64,000 nt of DNA. It comes from Hyphochytrium catenoides (lineage: Eukaryota > Protista > Hyphochytriomycota). The stretch is taken from the NCBI GenBank assembly GCA_900088475.1, contig FLMG01001623.1:65164-129163 (forward strand). The letters are read 5' to 3'. Shown in pieces: positions 37,462-50,732 of the stretch (its first letter is position 1; every line of letters starts with the position of its first letter). Both the position numbers and the translations under genes were made by a program. Under the pieces are notes generated by a model that searched no databases, had not been told where the DNA came from, and was given only the letters and a program-made list of their open reading frames with translations.

Positions 37462-40049
37462 ATGGCCTCTACTAGCATCCCCAAGACTCTGGTGAGTGGG
37501 TCTCTTCCTCTCCCCTGATGATAGAGAGTTAGATGATAAGATTGCAGATGCAAGGAGGAAGAATGACAGATCAGAGGGAAAGAGAGCGTTTAAGTCTCAG
37601 GAGAGGATGTGGGAGGAAGGAAGGACGGCAGCGGCCTTTGTCCTTGGATTATTAGTTACTTCTGTGCTGATGCTTTGCTGGTTGCTTTATTTCTTTGACA
37701 GCCGGGCAATGTGTCCCTTGAAGAGCATGATCCTGAGCTCTTCATGATCATCGAGAAGGAAAAGAACAGACAATGGAAGGGGCTCGAGCTTATCGCTTCA
37801 GAGGTAAGACGACGTTGTCTATCTAGAGCTCTGCCTTCTATACCTCAACTGCTAGTGTCAGGCCAAGCCTGGGTCATATAAGACGCTCTTCTTTTCAATG
37901 TCCAACCTCCATGTCGTGCTTTGTTTCAGCTGGATCATGTTCCTTTACTCGTCCATAAGAATGTCTTCTGACTCTGACCACTCGTTTAGAACTTTACCTC
38001 TCGCGCGGTGATGGATTGCCTGGGCTCTTGCTTGACCAACAAGTACGCTGAAGGCCTTCCTAACGCTCGGTACTACGGAGGGAATGAGTTTGTGGACCAG
38101 GTGAGAGGCAACTATGGCGCTTCGACCCGTTTGGCTTTCCATCTCATCTTCGTTCCATGCAGGTGGAGCTGCTCTGCCAGCAGCGCGCCTTGGCTGCTTA
38201 TGGCCTCTCTGCTACGGAGTGGGGTGTCAACGTTCAGCCTTACTCGGGTTCTCCAGCTAACTTTGCTGTCTACACTGGCCTCTTGCGTCCTCATGACCGT
38301 ATTATGGGGCTGGACCTGCCAAGCGGTGGGCATCTGACTCACGGTTATTACACGCTGAATAAGGCAGAAAAGACGAGGAAGGCGGTCTCTGCTACTTCTG
38401 TGTACTTCGAGAGTTTGCCTTACAGGGTAAGATTAAGATACGCACGCTACATCAGTGATAATGAAGACGGGCAACGGAGGTATAAGAGCAACGCCACGGG
38501 GGCGCATAGGAAGAGAGCTTAAGGTAGCTGTCTTCGGTGTGCTATTATGCTTATGGATATATCTCGCTTTCTATCATCAGGTCCATCCTGAGACTGGCCT
38601 CATAGACTTTGACCAGCTGAAAGAGCTCGCTGCTTTGTTCAAGCCCGCAATGATCGTCTGCGGTGGAAGGTAAGCTGTGGAACGCGACTCCGGGAGGGCG
38701 GCGACGGGATGGACCGTAGGGGAGAGTCATGGAAAGTCGGGAAAATGGCGTTTGAGGAGCCTGCCTCAAAAGGCTTATTGACCCTTCTGTGTCTCTATTT
38801 CAGCGCTTACCCTCGCGACTGGGACTATAAGAAGTTCAGAGAGATTGCCGATGAAAATGGATCCCTCCTGCTGTGCGACATGGCGCACATTAGCGGCCTT
38901 GTGGCTACGAAAGAGGCAAACAACCCATTCGAGTACTGCGACGTCGTAACCACCACGACCCACAAGAGTCTCCGTGGACCTAGGAGTGGCATCATCTTCT
39001 TCAGGAAGGACGCCCGAGGCTTTGAGACCAAGATCAATCAGGCCGTTTTTCCAGCATTACAGGGAGGACCTCATGAGCACCAGATCGCTGGTGTGGCCAC
39101 ACAGTTGAAGGAGGTAAACCCGACCACGAGTAGATTCTACAGGACGAAGACAAACGGTCCTAACTGGCATGCTATATTGGCTCCCTTCCGTTTCGCAACT
39201 TCAGGTGGCATCTCCTGCCTTCAAGGAGTATGCTCAGCAGGTGAAGGCTAACGCTCGCCAGCTGGCTGCGTCGCTTATGGAGAAAGGGTATAAAATTGCC
39301 ACTAACGGCACGGACAATCATCTTATTCTTTGGGATTTGAGACCTCTGGGCCTAACTGGAAGCAAGATGGAAAAGATCTGTGATGCGGTAGGTTTTTGTC
39401 TTCAACTTCATCTTCCTACCTTCTCGCGCGCACTCCTCTTGTCGTTTCTTTCTGCGGCTTGGGTGGCTGCACTAATAGCAGAGGCTCCATGAATCTAAAA
39501 GTAGAAGCTATCGGAGGCACTCTAGTCTAATGGAGTTGGTTGCGCCTATAAAAATCGTCGTCTTCAGGTGCACATTACTTTGAACAAGAATACTGTTGCT
39601 GGTGATAGGAGTGCAGTCAACCCAGGCGGAGTTCGCATCGGGACACCCGCGCTTACCACTCGAGGCTTCAAGGAGGAGGACTTCAAGCAAGTCGCGGCGT
39701 TCCTTGACCGAGCAGCGCAGATCGCATTGAAGATTCAGGAAAAGGTGAGGAGCATACATTGCCCTTTCACATGGTCTGCCTACATTGCGCGTCCACATGG
39801 TCGGCCTACGTCTTCTAAGAACTTTACGGGAGTCGACGCTTTGTGTGTAGAATCCTTGTCCGTGGTGAACTCATTCTCGTGCTCTCTCTCATTTTGCAGA
39901 GCGGCAAAATGCTTAAGGACTTTGTAGCCGCGATCCCAGATAACACTGAACTAGCTGGCCTCCGCCAGGATATTCAGCGCTTCGCCACGCAGTTTCCTAT
40001 GCCTGGATTCAGCGTGGAGGACATGAAGATCAAGGATCTTGAGCACTAA
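37462..40049 (+). CDS. SHMT: Serine hydroxymethyltransferase, probably cytosolic, multi-exon
   Basis: [10 protein letters not shown]|[13 protein letters not shown]...LELIASE|NF; [17 protein letters not shown]; [13 protein letters not shown]; [12 protein letters not shown]; [10 protein letters not shown]; [12 protein letters not shown] (PLP lysine); PALQGGPH; NGTDNHL; [15 protein letters not shown]. The short N-terminus shows no obvious transit peptide. Confidence 0.97.
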
Positions 40050-40394
40050 ATCCCCGTTACGCCCACACGATGCTTCCTTATCCCATTCTTTAGCTCAAAA
40101 GCAAGCTATTATTAACCTTGCATCAATTAAAGAGGACCCTATTATGGGGATCCTTTAACAGTCGACCATCTCCACATTGTACATTGTCTCTTCTCGTGGT
40201 GTTGGACAGAGTCATACATTATCCCAGTCCTCCTCATGTCTTAGCTCTTGTCTTTCAGCCACAGATCTTCATTGGCCGCAGGGCTGTATCCTAGACCAGG
40301 TGCTTCGCCTTTTTTTCTCTCTTGCCATTTAAAACCTCTTCTCTCATTTCCTTTACCCTGTCGTCGAGCTTGCCGCCTCGATTTCGTTCACCAT

Positions 40395-43300
40395 TCAGCC
40401 AGCCGTGATTTTACCTCCGAAGCAGCTGGGACAGGAGTCACCTGGCGCCTTGACTGTAGGCGCAATGACCGCCAGACAGGTGGGACAGGATAAGGCAGAC
40501 TGAGGACCAGGCATACCATCCTCTCTCGCACCCGTGTTCTTGCCAACTAGTTTAAACGTCTATAAGGCAACCAAGGAAGCATCATATCAGTGAGCCTTGC
40601 GGTAAGGAGAGGGCGGTATGAACGGTATGGAAAAGGCATGCAAACACTAAGCGACCCATATTTTTTTTGAGACGAGGATGGAAGGGGATTACTGCAGAAA
40701 ACAATGCTGCCAGGCCTGACAATCGCAGGCTAGACTTCCACAAGCGAATGCCTCCACTCTGCACATCAACACTGTAGCGGTCAGACAGTAGTTACCTCGT
40801 AGCAGACCCCAAGCCTAACGTTACACTTGGAGCAGCTTCCTGAGGTACCCGAAACGTCCCCACCACAACCTCCAGGACACTGCTCAAGAAGCACGGACGA
40901 GTCTTTGAACTCCTGGAGTGCGCAGGTCTCCAGCAACTCAGGAAATGAGGGAAGGGAGTTCTTGTTGAGGTCCTCTGCTCCGAAGCTTTTCTGTTGAGCA
41001 GCGGAGAGCGTATGACGTCTAAGAAAATACTCTTTCTAGGCTAGAATAATGTCCTTGATGTTCTTTACCGACGGTTCTAGGCGGATGACACCTACCTTCA
41101 GGATTGCAGCAGCCACCCCATAGTTGCCAAGAGCTATATTTTTCCTTGCTGCTATTTCAATGCATTGTTTGCTGTCCAGGATGTCCGTAACAAGTTTAGC
41201 TAACCGTGCTGACCCAGGCGTGACTTTGTTATCTGCAGGAAGATAAGCTTAGAACAACTGGCATAGCAGGGACTGGAAGCTGAAGGCTCGAAAGACAAGA
41301 TGGAAACACCTCTAGAGCGAGTCTGAGAGCGTATCAGCTATGATAACTGCTAGGGTGACACCTCTAAAGAGGAAGAAAGAGCCTGGGAACAGCAGATTCA
41401 GAAGAGGCGGGGAATAGTTGATTGAAGCACGTACCTTTGGCCTCTTCCTCCTCCATGCTAATGAGCAACCTGGTAGCGAGCTTATACTTAGCACATTGGC
41501 GGATCTGCTTTGTCGTCATAGCTGCAGCCTTGGGGTTTGCTCCCTCTGTCATACAAAATGGTTAGCGATCGTCCTTCTCGCATTCATTCCCAAAGAATTT
41601 CTTTTGAGACAGCGGTCACCCCCTCTTGAGTGCACAACTTCACTGCTTTCTGTCTAGTTTAAGTCGCCAAATGTTTGTCCACCACTAGCATGTCTGGCCT
41701 ACCATGCTGGGAGCTCCGAGCTGCTGCAAGGAGACTAAGGCATTCATTAAGTCTTTCCAAAGCGATATCGAAGTCGCCGCTTTCAAATTTCTCCTTGAAT
41801 GCCCTCCACATAGCCGTCGGATTGGTTGACTGGGCCTCTCTGCCAAGAAACGGAGGGGTAGTAACAAGTGACTGTTAGAATCCATACAGCTCACACCAAG
41901 AGGATAAACAAAGGGCGTAAGGACAAGGGAGTTATTTTTATCTACCTGATAATCTGCTTTGACACAGTAGGTTGTCTACTGAAGTTGTCAAAGGTCGAAG
42001 ACGAAGGGGAAGCCAGCCGGGATTCAGGCTCTGAGACTTTCCCGAGGCTACCTTCGCCAGTATTGAGCCTGGAGCTACCTCGGTGAGGTGGAGCCAGACG
42101 ACCAGGAGATGAAGGAGGAGAAAGGACGCCTGATGAACGCGGAGGGGACAGCAATGGAGAAAAGGTTGAAGAATGAGGCGGAGAAAGCAAAGAGGAAATG
42201 CCTGAGCTGTTTCCTCTGGAATCATCTCGCGAAAATACTTTCCCGGCAGGGCGAAGAAGCCCTGTAAACGTGCTGGAGTTAGCTTTTCGTCGATGGCAGC
42301 TGTCGCACTGGCAATCGTTAGGATGGATCACCACCTAAAGAAGGAAAGAATTGAGGCAGATAGTAAGGGACACCATGAGGTTAGTTGCTGAATTCTTTTA
42401 GGTCCAAACCAGATAAGAAAAGTCGTAACGAAGCCGGAGGTTGATAACAGCGAAATTCTTACCTGCTTAGGCCTCCTCCCGATCTCAGCCAGATTCAGAT
42501 AATTCTCTTTCATGTCGTGAAGCTGCTGCTCGCTCCGAACCATCGCCCAGAGACGAACTTCAGACAGGGAAAAGCCACGAAGGTCAGGTCCCATCAAGAG
42601 CGCACCACTATCGTCTCCCTTAGGAAGTGCTGGTGGAAGGATGGGTCCTGACCCTATGGGCTCGGTATCCAAAAAGAGCGACACTATAGGCTGCATGCAA
42701 CATTACAGTAGACAATGAGATGAGTTAGTCTGTCCTTTAAACTTTCCGGTAAGATTGTTCCCTTGTTTACCTCCCCAGGGGCTCCTTGCAGAAGTCCACT
42801 GATCCTCATCCTCCCACTGTCCCAAGGCGTGAAAGGCCAGAATTACTTTCTCTCCTCTACTCACCTCACTGTCAGGTTTTGCATTTAAGGAAAAGGCGAC
42901 ATGGTGCCAGAACTCATCCACGGGCAGCTTCTTGGTCCCTTTAACTTGCCTTTTCGATCCTGCGCCGCTGTCGCCTGTGGTCACGTAAAGAATGCCTTCA
43001 TCTAGACCGAACGTCCATTGCCTTGAGACCCCCTGAAGACGAGTCAATAGGACTCCTGAACGACCCTCGTTCAGGGAAGACTCTTCTGGGCCTTTTATCC
43101 ATAGCTCCACTGTGAACGCCCATCGATACTGATCGTCCTGGTGGAAACCTTGCACGATATAGTGAGCGAAAAGAAGAGGGTATAATGCTGCGGCTAACAT
43201 GCTACAATGCGAAAGAAGATCAGAGGATAGATTGACCGCTAAGACCAGATATAAGAGTGATAAGTATCAGCTGAGCTGAAGAAGTCGACTGAACTCAGTG

Positions 43301-46300
43301 ACGGGTCGCCCGGCAGGATTTGGACCTAAACGGCCTCCATGCTGACACGATGAAAAGACGGTCTGGTGGCCCGACAAAAGGGTTGGTCAGTAAGTTGTGC
43401 CCTACTCACCCAAGTCCAATGAATTTCCAGGAGTCACTTCAAATCTCACTCCCCAGTGGCAATAGTCAGTCGTAGATGAGTTAACAACCTCACCATCCGC
43501 AGGAGAAGGGAACACCAGGTCGAACGGCTGCAAGAGAGAAAGACAGAGGCGGCCGAATGAGTTTGGGTCGAAGAGAGGCTTATTGCCCACAAGTAGAAGT
43601 CCAAGGATTGATAGGCCGCCTTTCAAAGCACTCGAGTTTGTCTGTGATAGATTTCTTCCTTTCAAGAGTTAGCTTCTCTTCGACTTTGACTAGCATCCTA
43701 CCTTGGTCACCTTATTCTCGTCACCTCTGTCGACGGGAGAAGTACTTTCCACATAATGTGGTGCCAGCTTTCCACCCAGTCGAACACCGTGATTGCAGCG
43801 CTTAGAGGAGTCACGCACAGGAGGTAACGTGGATGCTTCCTTCTCCTGCTCATTCGCCTCTAGAACGTTAGCTCCTTCATCAAACCGCCAGTAGCCCACC
43901 ACAGAATCCTCATCGTCGTAAAAAGGGCCAAGCAGTTGCTGCTTGGAAGAGGAGGAAGAAGACGACGAGGCGGTCGTTGCCGCCGTGGCTTGCCATTTGG
44001 CTACATCGGATGTTGACACCTAGGATTGTTCGTGGTAAGGACACTTATCAAAGACCGTACGCCCAAGGAGCGAAAACGAGGCCGATGCCGAAGCTCACAG
44101 AGTGAGGATTATCGGGTTGCTTATCACGTCGGAAAGCCTTAATGCTTTGTAAGCAAGCGGCGCGGAAAGAATTGCAAGCGAGTATACTACCAAGAGTGGA
44201 CGAGAATCTCACCCGCTCTTCCAACCTGGGTTGGGCCATTCCCACCCAACCTCCAACACTGTCAAGGGACAATTGCGTTGTAGCAAAGAGAGGAGGACAA
44301 TGCAACTCTGGAGCGTCTTCTTGTGCCTGCGCTACGTTCTGACTCTTGAGTGACCCAATCTTTGGTTGGGTCGTAATAAGCGCTCCACGGCGCTTGGCCC
44401 CATAATACTCGAAGCTCTGTGACGAGAGAGGAATATCCCCTATATAGGAACTGGTCAGACAGCCTATATATCAACCCATGAACGTCAAAATGGTACAGCT
44501 CTAGGGCATTAAACCTCTCTCGCAGTGCGCGGGAACCTTAACACATATCTGGGCCGTAGCTCGCTCTAACCTGTCCATCTTGGAGCTTACCTTTCCCTCT
44601 TTCACTTGCCAGTAGACAAGAATATACCAGAGGCGAAGAAGACTTCATCTTGGGAGCCCAGCTCTGGCTGAACTCCTTGCTAAGATCCCATGAGAGTTGT
44701 AGCTGTAACAAGGGCATGCCAGTCAAGGGGGATGCAAGGCCTGGCTTCAACCCAGAAGAGATAGGGTAATCTGATGACATCAAATACTTTTGACAAACGG
44801 AGTTCTGAGGCGGTAAGATAAGCATAGCGTGTTGTCATCCGAATCTTGTAATAGCGCAGCACTGCATGTCATCGTGCATAGAAAGGCGGTCAATATTGGT
44901 CTCCATTGACCTACCAATTTCAGTATGAACCATTCGTCTCCGGCCAAATCGGCACACCGCAAAGCGGATGAGAACCCCCCACGGGCAGCTAGGATGGCCG
45001 CCAGTCTGCGTAGAGCTAAACTGAGATTGGAGTCCGGATGAGGGAGCGATGGCCCAAGTCCAAAAGGCTTTAGGACGTATTCCTGATGGATATTGGGAAG
45101 CCCGTACAGCCGGTGGCAGGATTACAAAGTGGCAGATGCAGGCAGGAGGGCACGCAGTTAGCTTAAATGCCAAAGTACTGGAGGATACATAACGCACCTG
45201 TAAACTCGGGTGATCCACAAGCATGTCCACCAGGGCCGCCTCCCATGCTCCGAGAGAAATAGATATCTTACAGCGGTCCTTGCCGCTAATGTATGGGCGG
45301 AATCTCCACGCTCCGCTTTCAACTTTCCCTTCCCTAGCTTCAGTAACCCTCCTTCCAGTTGCCAAGTAGTACGCCAAAGCATGCAGCTCTTGCCTGTGCA
45401 ACTCTCTGACCAGAAGACGGGAGTTCCCACTGTCGGGCGTGAAACCTCCCTTGCTTTCTCTTTCTGCGGGAGACAGCATGCGTAGGTTCTCCATGTATCC
45501 GGTGATAAGACGGCTTATTACACTTCTCATACTGGTCCCGTTGGAGGAGAGTACATGCTTATGGGCGAGCAGACCGAGTGCCAGAGGTTCCAAAGGGAAG
45601 AATGCCCTGGACCTCATCTGCAAGGTAGAGGGCAAACGAGAACATTTGGCTTTGGTCAGCAGGCTTGTTGGGGCCTAATTCAGATTTGAGAGACAATAGA
45701 GAAAACAGTTCGCCGCTTGACTCTGTGCCGTTGCCGATTACACCCGTCTAACCTGCAGTTTGTGATCTTTCTTGTCCACGCACAGAAAGAGAAGCCTATC
45801 TGGAAGCACGCCAACGAGGATGAAAGAAGAAGATGGGGACGCCATCACATCCAAGCAACAGCCAGAACGACAAGGAGAATCTTTCCTGGCTGTCAAGTAG
45901 CAGACTCGGCCTCGAGACGTTGAAAATAGAAGAGTAGAGCCCATCCAGAGCATGGAGCTAACCATATCCTTCATGTTCTAGGCCAAAGAGAAGTAAAGGG
46001 ATAAACGTACAGAGGGAAGGAATTGTGAAGTTAGACAGGTTACATGGTCCGATATATCGAAGCAGTTTAAGGACTCGGATTCTAATCGCTGAGTACTATG
46101 TTTTACCATGTCTCCATTAGCTGGAAAGGATGCGATAGCTTCCTGGTGATGCTCGTTCAAGAGCCGAAGCTCGGCGTCCACAATAAGCAAACGAGTAGTC
46201 GTGAGGATGGCGCACAAATGTCGTCCATCGGCCTATGTAAGCAATACTTGTTTCAATGCGTGGGAGAAGGACCGCATTGTTGAGGAACCCATCGAATAGA

Positions 46301-49300
46301 ACCCAAAAATCAAGCAGTAAGACAGTGGTAAGGTGGCAAGCTCTGTGGATATTCAAATATCATCCCAACGACCAGGAGCCAAATACCACTTGCTGGAGAG
46401 CAGGTGAGCAATACAAGTCTGATAACCCTTTTGAGAAGCTGACCTCCGGGCACCAATCAGAATCTATATTCTGCCAGCATACGTCCAATACATGTTCTTT
46501 GGGAAGCAGAGGCAGAACGTAGCGGTGGGAGTCAATGGTAACAGTTGCGTTTTCGTTGACGAACGCAGAGAGGGAAAGCTGGTTTAAAGAGATAACCTCT
46601 CTTTCTTCTTCATGAGAAACCGTTAAAAGTTCTGAGCTATCGCCCTCACAGTTGCGGAGTCGTGCGGGAAAGATCCTTCGTACTGGTCCTGGGAAGTGTA
46701 TTCTTCCTCTCTGGAAGAAGGTTTCGGCGTGCTCGACAGAAGGAGGAAGCGAGTATACGGAGAGTTCTTTTCTGTCTGCTTGCAGACTGCAGAAAAGAGG
46801 AGGTAAGTCCTTGGCTTCTAGAATCCCAAAATCCAGGCCCAGCACCAGCTGGTCCTCGAGAAGGAGAGGGGGCCCATTATCAATCAGGTTGCTCCTAAGG
46901 CTAAACGCAGTGGCAGCATAGCCAATGGCCCCATCACCACTCTCCATCATCACTGCGAGTACCACTGCTATTGTCATACTATAGCTTCCGAAGATCAGAC
47001 GTTCTGGCACGAATACCCCTGCATCGCTGCCGGCTATGCCAGTGAGGGTGCTGAATGGATCATGAGAGGTAGTAAAGGAGCCTATGAGTTGTCGCCCAAA
47101 TTTAAGGTAATGGGAGAGTAAGGAATAAGAATAGGCTCCACAGTCCAAGGTCAGGGAGCACGAAAGACGAGATAGAGTGCAACCTAAGACTAACCTCACA
47201 TGCTCTGGGGAGCAGTAGGTTGGCAGGATAGCGGCCACGCGTTTCTTTTCGTTGAAGTTGATAGGCAGAAACTCCAGTCGGTAACCCTTGTTCTGTAAAG
47301 GTGACAAAGAAAAGATAACGGCCCAAGATCAACCCTAAACATTTGGAGTCTTTGGTGACTCTCGCGTATCTAACTATCGCTTGTTAGAAGGTATTCTCTT
47401 AGCTACGATTTAGTGATGGGTTCCTAGAAGATTGTTCATGCACTACCTTTACTTACCTCTGACTTTTGTATGATAGGGATCTGCTGCATAACCTGGTCCT
47501 TAGGAGTGGTCGTCTCGTTCATACCCTCGAGGTACACCTTCGACGGCAACGACAGGGGAATGGCAGACTGAGCTAGAAGGGGAGGTATGCTAAGGAATCC
47601 CGTTATGGTGGCATCTCCGAATTTTCCGGCTTTACTAGCCCCATGAAGTTGCTGAATGTGAGAGGATGACTTGATTGGTTGATAAGCTGTAAATCGTTGC
47701 ATTTGAACTTGATTGCCAGCCGCGGATACAATGGCAAAAGCACTTCGCTTAGGATCTGACAAGATGGCAAAGTGTCTTTCTTTATCCGTAACGATAGAAG
47801 GGGGCACAAATGTCCAAAGGACTCGCCGCCCTGTGGGCCTGGATAGGTCAAGACACCTAACTATTGCAGAGCAAATAGGTGTTCCTGGACTTGCTGGGTT
47901 TAAACTCTTACTCTGACAGCAAAGGAGGAAGGGTGTCACGTTATTGAGAAAGCAGACAGACTGCTCTTGAGTCCCCTGCGCTGTTGTGTCGTGATAGACG
48001 TTGAGGAGAGATGCAGGTTTCCGGGAGCGATCATCACTGATCGACCAAACACGCACTTCTCCTAGAACAGGGATGCACAGATTGAGCGCTAGGACGCATA
48101 AAGTTAACTCCGACGGGAGATTCTGGTACCTTGCATGTTGCTTGTGGCGAGCAGACATTGTTCCGAACGAGCCTGCCAGGAAATTGAAGTGACAGCCTTG
48201 TTGGCTTCCGCCTCCTTCACGGAAAGGAGGAAAAAGCGTACTTAGATAGGATCGTCTGGGAGATCCAGTAGAGGCAGCAACAAAGAAGGAGGCGTGGAAG
48301 GCTGGGCAAAGCCAACAACTACGCCTATGTGACACTACCCCTCCTACCGTGGGGGCCAAGGTGTAGAGAACAGGAGAGGACCCTTCCGGAACGTCGTCTA
48401 CTGCCACAGTGCCCAGGCTAAGCACCGAATCCTTTCGTGAAGTAGTCTTGACCAAGTCTCCAGCAGGAAGAGACGTGCCAGGTGCCATAGCACCTTCATC
48501 CAATGAGAGGCTGGAAGTGCCTAATAGGAAAATGGTTTAGTTTCCATTGCAGATTGACCTCAGCATATAGATGTGACCTTCAAGTAGAGGAGGGGCACCC
48601 CGGAGCTCTACCACTTGCTGGAAGTCAATGACAAGGGTGAGGCCATCAGCAGTGCCGCATGCCACGATCAGCTTATGTGGATGGCAGGAGATTCTTGATA
48701 TAGCGCTGCGTTTAGTGAGGGATTTATCCTTGAAGCCATACTCAGGACACGCCAGTTGTTGCAGGGTCGGTGCAATGCCCTGCTGGTAATCAACTTTGAC
48801 CGCGTGAAGACTATGAGAACCGTTATTGACGAAAAATAATAACGGTATGTCATGGGCTGATGTGGTGCCGCCCATGACATTGATCTCTGCTCCACTGACC
48901 CTATGGCCCTTGGAGTTGTACAGCGGTCCCAGATATCTGCGCTTCTCAAGATCAAACAGTAGCAGGGTGCCATCACTAACGAGGGATAAAGGTTATACTT
49001 TAGCCATAGGAAGAAATTCACATGCCACTTATTCGATTACCTTCTCAGGGCTACCAGATAGGATGGGCCGCTAGAGGAACTAAGAACCGTGGCATTGCGG
49101 ATTTTATAGGTGGGTCCGTCATCTGTGTGAACATCTAACCTGAATATTGATAGTAAAGAGCCGTCCAGACTGAACTGGCAAAGAGACTTCTCGGTTACGA
49201 TGAGAAGATTGTTGTTTGAAGGGTGGCGAAGGAAGCAGATTGGTGCTCCTATATTTGAGCTAGTGCTGCTCCAACGGCTCCTGGGAGGAGAGAGGCTGAG

Positions 49301-49333
49301 CTCTATACTACCTGTTGGCACAATGTCATACAT
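40395..49333 (-). CDS. TTRAY1: TSET/TPLATE complex coat subunit TTRAY1 (TWD40-1-like): beta-propellers, alpha-solenoid, inserted LamG/ConA-like domain and alpha-COP-like C-terminal Zn domain; many exons
   Basis: Blocks collinear with plant TWD40-1 as I recall it: ISRISCHPHKLIVACGTADG, LLPKEHVLDVCWQ, AILTTTRLLIVDAEL, SMLWMGSTLLFST, LVGVLPDRLL, PLEPLALGL, RQCAKYKLATRLL, CIEIAARKNIALGNYGWAAAIL. Terminal exons read VCYE|TFKLV...SCPTC...SCPSCFGGKITAG with stop at 40395-40397. LamG-like motifs: GYWRFDEG, FTVELWIK, WHHVAFS, LSEVRLW. Confidence 0.8.
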
Positions 49334-50004
49334 CCTTTGGGACGTGTTCGTGGGAGCGGCAGCGATATCCTAACTATCAGGTTTTATCATCTGTCAACAC
49401 TCGTCTTGGCCGACTGGGCCAGCGCACTTCCATCAGCGGCACTCAGCTTCACCGCGCGGCTAGAGTGCTCTCGCGCCTCCGACGCTACCTTTACTCTTGC
49501 TCTCATCAAGAGAGGATAGAGGATAGATCTGACGCCATGGGGCTGCGAAAGGAAGCGAGGCCTTGAGCCTTGAGCGAGGCGTTACCAACATAGAAGTCTT
49601 TTCATCGGACAAGTCCTGGGGAAGGACTGAGATCGCTATGCAACTTATCTAAAGTAATCACTCCTATGATTCTAGGGGGTGCTAAGTAAAAGTCCTCGGA
49701 ATCAGAATAGACTGATCACTACTAGACTAGGTTTTCGAGGACCAGTTTATGATTCTCTCTGCGTGCCAGTCACGCTTTGATATTACTACGCGCTACTTTC
49801 CCTCTTTGAAAGTTGGCTGTATGCCGCATATTATTATGTTTAGTGGTACCGAGGTGCCGCCGCCAATCAGTGGGGGCCAAGAAGTGATGAAGGCTTTGTC
49901 TGAAGGTTGAGATCGGAGACTCTGTGGAGCTGCGTATTGTTCTTCATTGTCAAAGTCTTCGCTACACTGCTCGGCTGGGCTCATAACCACACACTTGTGG
50001 AACC

Positions 50005-50573
50005 ATGGTGAAGGACATCCGTATCACTTACAGGCGCAGACATGCCTATGCTACCAAGTCTAACGCCATCAAGCCTGTAAAGACTCCTGGTAAGAAGATG
50101 GATTGCGGAGAGTGAGGGGAGCAAGAGAACTGGCATTTGGAGATATTGACTGACATAAACTCTTTTTAGGTGGCAGACTGGTTGCTCACTACCGCAAGAA
50201 GCATGCTAAGGGTGCAAAGTGCGGTGACTGCGGCACCGTACTTCCAGGAGTAGGTTTTTTACAGCAACACTGGTAATATAGTACTTGGGATCTGACTGTA
50301 GAACCATCGACGATTGCAGGTCGCTCATTTGAGGCCCAAGAACATGAAGAAGGCACACAAGCCTTCAAAGACTGTGGTTCGTGCATATGGTGGTTCTAGA
50401 TGCGGAAATTGCGTGCGTGAAAGGTAAACAATGCGTGCCGACACCATAGGTATGCAGCCACCTTTCTAACACCACGTTTCAGAATCGTTCGGGCTTTCCT
50501 TATCGAAGAGCAGAAGATTGTCAAGAAGGTATTGAAGGAGAAGCTCTCCAAGAAGAAGAAGACCGCTGCGTAG
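50005..50573 (+). CDS. RPL34: 60S ribosomal protein L34 (eL34), four exons
   Basis: MVKDIRITYRRRHAYATKSNAIKPVKTPG|GRLVAHYRKKHAKGAKCGDCGTVLPG|VAHLRP...VRAYGGSRCGNCVRE|RIVRAFLIEEQKIVKKVLK...TAA then stop. Not present in the ORF track. Confidence 0.97.
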
Positions 50574-50732
50574 ACTTTTTCATGACTCCCTTCATTGCCG
50601 AACTGTGTAGCCCACGCAATGGCAAGCGGTAATAAAATAACCCTGTCGCCTTCACCAATCATACACAGCATGTACACTCGACTCTTTTCTAGCTTCAACT
50701 ATCTACCGCGCGTGCCCATATAACCCATCGTC

